A DNA stretch of 6,728 nt from Octopus sinensis (lineage: Eukaryota). The notes below the pieces were generated by a model. It saw nothing but the letters and a program-made list of their open reading frames with translations, did not search any database and was not told the DNA's origin. The translations under genes and the position numbers were made by a program. Positions within the stretch are counted from its first letter, which is position 1. The number at the start of each line of letters is the position of its first letter. Below are positions 6,583 to 6,728 of this stretch, piece after piece. The DNA is taken from positions 1 to 6,728 of the forward strand of contig NW_021829142.1 in NCBI RefSeq assembly GCF_006345805.1, written 5' to 3'.

Positions 6583-6728
6583 ACCTTATGGAAATATCCC
6601 ATCACGGCCATGATACAGTAGCCAATATACTATCTGCGTTTAATAATCCTAGACATAAATACTGAATTATTGTGCATTTTTGATCATAAATTATAATAAA
6701 TTATAATAACCTAATGTATAACGGTAGA

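Larger units (their letters stand above)
5956..6598. repeat. 11-bp direct repeat ATGGAAATATC flanking the B3-B4-B5 array (candidate TSD)
   Basis: Exact copies at 5956-5966 and 6588-6598. The left copy abuts the B3 tail and the right copy is 7 nt from the GGCGG of the B5 head. Confidence 0.75.

Noticed and set aside
6688-6709. Tandem AAATTATAAT duplication
   Set aside because: Ordinary slippage in very AT-rich DNA.

Overview
This is AT-rich, repeat-dense eukaryotic non-coding DNA with no intact protein-coding gene, RNA gene or CRISPR array. The SINE sequences and the microsatellite density match what I recall of coleoid cephalopod (Octopus) genomes; that assignment is from memory, not a search. 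Contents: (i) tRNA-derived SINEs of two families, A (183-596, +) and B (two copies at 1901-2287 on +, three head-to-tail at 5967-6587 on -), plus an interspersed-repeat end at 1-70; (ii) a chain of three DNA transposons joined by (TA)n runs: a deleted Tc1/mariner element with a transposase pseudogene (2365-3201, -), a 212-bp mariner-type MITE (3243-3454) and a ~370-bp non-autonomous Helitron (3471-3842, -); (iii) long compound microsatellites, which explain most supplied ORFs (the HT/CV/YI-repeat translations are spurious). The most notable structure is the SINE trimer: two 5'-truncated monomers fused to the 3' ends of their neighbours, all inside one 11-bp direct repeat, which suggests a multimeric SINE inserted as a single unit. 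I found no evidence of a new multi-gene system; the interesting signals concern mobile-element biology.
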